A stretch of 64,000 nt of DNA from Eukaryota sp. GEM-RC1 (taxonomy: Eukaryota): contig JAUFOQ010000005.1 in NCBI GenBank assembly GCA_040285855.1, positions 1,736,001 through 1,800,000 on the forward strand. Direction: 5' to 3'. This document shows, one piece after another, positions 60,525-64,000 of this stretch. A program made the translations under genes and the position numbers. Within the stretch, counting starts at the first letter, position 1. Each line of letters begins with the position of its first letter. The notes under the pieces were generated by a model that worked only from the letters and a program-made list of their open reading frames with translations, had not been told where the DNA came from and ran no database searches.

Positions 60525-62973
60525 TTAGCAGGGGAGATTACGGGAGGCAGGCGAAGGAGCTACAGCAGTGGATCGTTTGTAGGTCAGCCAGATACCTTTG
60601 ACTTCGTTAAAGAATTGAGGGAGGAGGCTATCATCCGTCTTCAGTTGTTGGTCCCAACGAACATGTAGCTCATTCAGAGGTACAATATCCTGATTGGGGT
60701 TTAACGTGGACAAGACCACATCAGCGACAGTGTAAGCATGAAGATGCTCTCTTTGGGCAGAATCACTTGAGAGGGATGGAATGGCCATAGAACACTTCAG
60801 CACTACGATGATGTTGCAGAGATACTTCTCGATGCATTCAAGGGGGTCTTTGGCTCTGCCTAAGCGTACAGCTCTTAAGGCATTCGAGGCTGCAGTGGTA
60901 GAAGAGTATTGACTCTTGTCCACTAACAACCGCCAGATGGATTGTTCAAGAACAGCAGTACTATTACTGTCGGTGATTGTATCCATCATCCTCCAGGTGG
61001 AGAGAGTTGTCTGATCGATGAACTCGCTTACCCCTTCTGGGTCCACCTCACACAAGGCTGTCCTAGCAAAATCAAACTTATTTCGCGGGTAACCAAGCCA
61101 AGTGTCGAAACTTTTGTGTTCTTGCTGTTTTCGTTTGTGCACCGCCCAATGGCTGAAATCATGCAAGAAGGACACTACTTCAGGTCGTTCATCGTTCTTG
61201 AGAAACGGACTGTTCTTCTTGGAATCTTTCTTGGACTTCTTCTTAATCTTTTGAGTAACACTAGAAGAAAGGATCGGAGTATCATGAAGGACGTTAGCAC
61301 GACGTTCGTCTTCAGAGGATGAGCTTGATAGGTCAATGTGATCTTCAATGGAAGGTGACAGATCGGCTATCAATTTTGATTGATGTTCTGCATCCAATCG
61401 TTTCTGTTTAGCTTTGGCAATCAATCTAGCAGCACGTTCTTTTCTAGCTTTCAGCAGGTCATCTTTGTGGATCACTGATGAATCGGCATTGTTGTGACCT
61501 TGGGCGAAAGCGGCTGGTTTGCGGTACACATTCTCATGCTCCATACGGGCTACGTAGCGCGTACTAGCATTCTCTTCGTCGAATTTGGCGGTTGATTCGT
61601 CATTTCTGGACCTGAAGCCTTCATCGTCAATTGAAAATCTATCGACGACTTCAGGATGTTCTACCTCACCAGGAGTTACAGGAGTAAGGCGTTCAGTTCG
61701 GCTTAGCTCGTCTTGGTTAGGCGTTACAGTTCCAACCTCACTTAGAGCACCAGCTGCAAGTGGGAGAACTCTCTGGGAACCACCAATACCGTTGAAGGGT
61801 ATAATTCGAGTAGAGTCGACATCTGGGGCTTCTAACCTAGAATTGCCATCACGGAAAGAAGACACTAGCAGATGGGAGTACTTGTGGTTAGGAGATAACC
61901 ATTTAGTACTAATAGCAACGTTGTGGTAGATCTGGGACTGGTTGTTAAGGCAGTGTTGATACCACGCAGTATACTCATACGTAACATTTAGGCCGTCAGA
62001 GCTGAATTTGGGTTCGAGGGGCTCAATGATGATACCATGTCTTGGATCCCAGGAACTGTCTGAGGGGAAACGGTACGTGTCTCCAGCATCCCTGTTGTAT
62101 AACCCACCTAAGAATTGTTCGATTAGGGAAGGATTGATACCAGGTGGAACGTTCCTCAGCAAGTAATGACTACTTGGTGGCATGCGGTTCCTGATGACTG
62201 GATGCCATGGACGGAATTTCGCAAGGAGCCACATGTCAGCATCAGAGATTGAAACGTTCTGATCATGTGGAGTTACCCATGGGATTAGTCTGTCGGGTAT
62301 AGCGTCTCGATGGAAACCTATACCGTTAGACTCAACAAGTCTTTCTACTTCACGAGCGCGATCTTCAGGAGACATACGCATACGTAAAGCTTGTTGTTCC
62401 TGTTCAACACGAAGCTTCTTCTCTGCTTCGGCTCTCATGGTCTTTTCTCTAGTTAAGGATTCTTGTAAAACTTGAATTGCCCTAACTACAGCAGGATCCC
62501 TCTCTGGAGGAACTACTGTGTCCATACTATCATCTACTAATACATTCTCTTTATTATTTGAACTATTTGAAGAATTACTATTTGAAGGGAGGAAAGGAAG
62601 GAGGAGGTCCATCTCGTACTACAATGGGTCCTTCTTGTTGAAGCGACGCATTGGAGGAGACTCCTTCCGCAGGAGTGAACTTGCTCAACAACCTTTCAAC
62701 GTCGAGAGCAGGAAGAACATTCCTTTGATTGCCGCCAGCCTTATAGACTGGGGGTCTTACACCATCCTTGATGCCGCCAGGACTTGGGGGACTTACACCA
62801 TTAGTTTCACCGCCACTGGGTGGGGGATCCACTATTCCGCCACTGGGTGGGGGACTTCGAATGCCCGAAGGACTTACATCGGATGAGCTGTCAGAGCATG
62901 ACTCTGAGCTGGAGTTAGATTCAGACTCTTCACTAGAAGAGCTGGGAACGGGAACGGGTCTTCTTTTAACCAT
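60525..62973 (-). CDS. Gypsy gag, copy 2 (one frameshift near 62590)
   Basis: ORFs 62578-62973 and 60525-62612; the break is absent from copy 1. Confidence 0.8.
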
Positions 62974-62993
62974 AACAAACAGACAATAATTAT

Positions 62994-63091
62994 TGATACC
63001 AGAAGGTATGGGTAAAGAATGGGGGAAGGTAAAAGGTGTTTATAAAGTGAAATAACTGACTACGTAACCATACTAATACCTTTGGCTAACA
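62994..63091 (-). repeat. 5' LTR of gypsy copy 2
   Basis: Same 98-bp sequence, followed by TTGT TSD. Confidence 0.95.
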
Positions 63092-64000
63092 TTGTTTCGT
63101 TTTTTAACTTCAATATTTTGTACTTTACTTCCAAACAAGACCCGATTGTGTTGTTTTATGTATTTAATTATAAAAGTATTATTTTATGACAGTTGTTACT
63201 ATTTGTTTTTTTGTCTAATGTTTCTAATTGTGTCGATAATGAAAAAACAAAAACGGTGACTAAAGTTTTGAAGGACAATTTTACTACTACTGCACTCTTC
63301 ACAACCAATTAGTCTGAATTCATAATGAGTCTGTATCATTTATAAGTCTGAATCAGACTAATTATTGTTTGACCTCGTGAGGAGTGTTCATTACGGTTCA
63401 GTTAAATGGTGTTGTAGCCCTTTTTCAACTTTTGTTCCTAGACACTTTGACTTACTTGACGTATTCAGTCCGTTTCATCCATTATTAGCACTTGCGCGAA
63501 AGACAATTCGGCCACATATCAGTTTTTAAGAGGTACTGCGGTGGCGGATCAGTCCTGTTTGTGGATGTCTTTGGTATTCATCCACTATTTAAGGTGTTCG
63601 TCACCAGATCTTTGTTAGACAGATAAAGCAGAATCTGAAAATCCGTAACTATAACAAACTGGTTAAGTCTGACACTTTTTTTATAATGTGGAGGTATTTT
63701 AAGTTGATGAGCGAACAATTACAAATTGTATAATACACTGTCCAAAAAGATGAAACTCTTCATACACCCCATTTTGCTTACTTTTGTTTAGTGTATATCC
63801 ATGATTCTTGAAATAAACCGATTTTGAAGTATTTCTCTCTCTTTCATCGAGGTTTTACCCTCCTGATCTACTCATTGTCTTCACTTCAACCAGAGTTTGC
63901 TGTTTTTGAAAGGTATCATGTGTAACAATAACCGATCTTTACACACAACGAAGTTTTTTTTGAGGTGACCTGGATTATATCATTGATTTGCACAGCTTAC

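Larger units (their letters stand above)
56295..63091 (-). mobile_element. Ty3/gypsy LTR retrotransposon, copy 2 (duplicated with its flanks)
   Basis: LTRs 56295-56392 and 62994-63091, TTGT TSD, ORFs 56393-57505 (IN), 57602-60199 (PR-RT-RH), 60525-62612 and 62578-62973 (gag). Confidence 0.96.
8885..64000 (+). repeat. Tandem array of LRR-gene units (about 4.85-kb period plus insertions), 8 genes in window, continuing past the end
   Basis: Homologous genes and spacers recur; gene starts 20256 to 25101 (4845 bp) and 45505 to 50347 (4842 bp). Confidence 0.95.
48456..64000 (+). repeat. Copy 2 of the segmental duplication, running off the window
   Basis: Near-identical to about 23210-38751. Confidence 0.9.

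Noticed and set aside
56295..63091. Second gypsy copy as an independent site-specific insertion
   Set aside because: Identical TSD, flanks and shared defects show it was copied by the segmental duplication.

Overview
AT-rich, apparently intron-poor microbial eukaryote (protist-like; organism not determinable from this window). 1-8.5 kb holds five tightly packed housekeeping genes: a HECT E3 ligase, a ZIP metal transporter, a WDR60-like WD40 protein, an RBM5/10-like splicing factor and VPS33. From about 8.9 kb to the window end is a head-to-tail array of eight paralogous genes (A-H) in units of about 4.85 kb. Each encodes an unrecognised N-terminal domain of about 200 aa followed by 11-20 ribonuclease-inhibitor/NLRC3-type 28-aa (84-bp) LRR modules. 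The module scaffold is nearly invariant, the xxLxxNx strand is hypervariable, and modules recur between paralogs in different number and order. The spacers are invaded by retroelements: a decayed CRE-like non-LTR (RLE) element; two copies of a Ty3/gypsy element with 98-bp LTRs (duplicated by a tandem duplication with about 25.25-kb offset); a non-LTR/gag/LTR-end chimera; and older RLE and integrase relics. Many frameshifts sit in homopolymers, including in housekeeping genes, so some are probably assembly errors.
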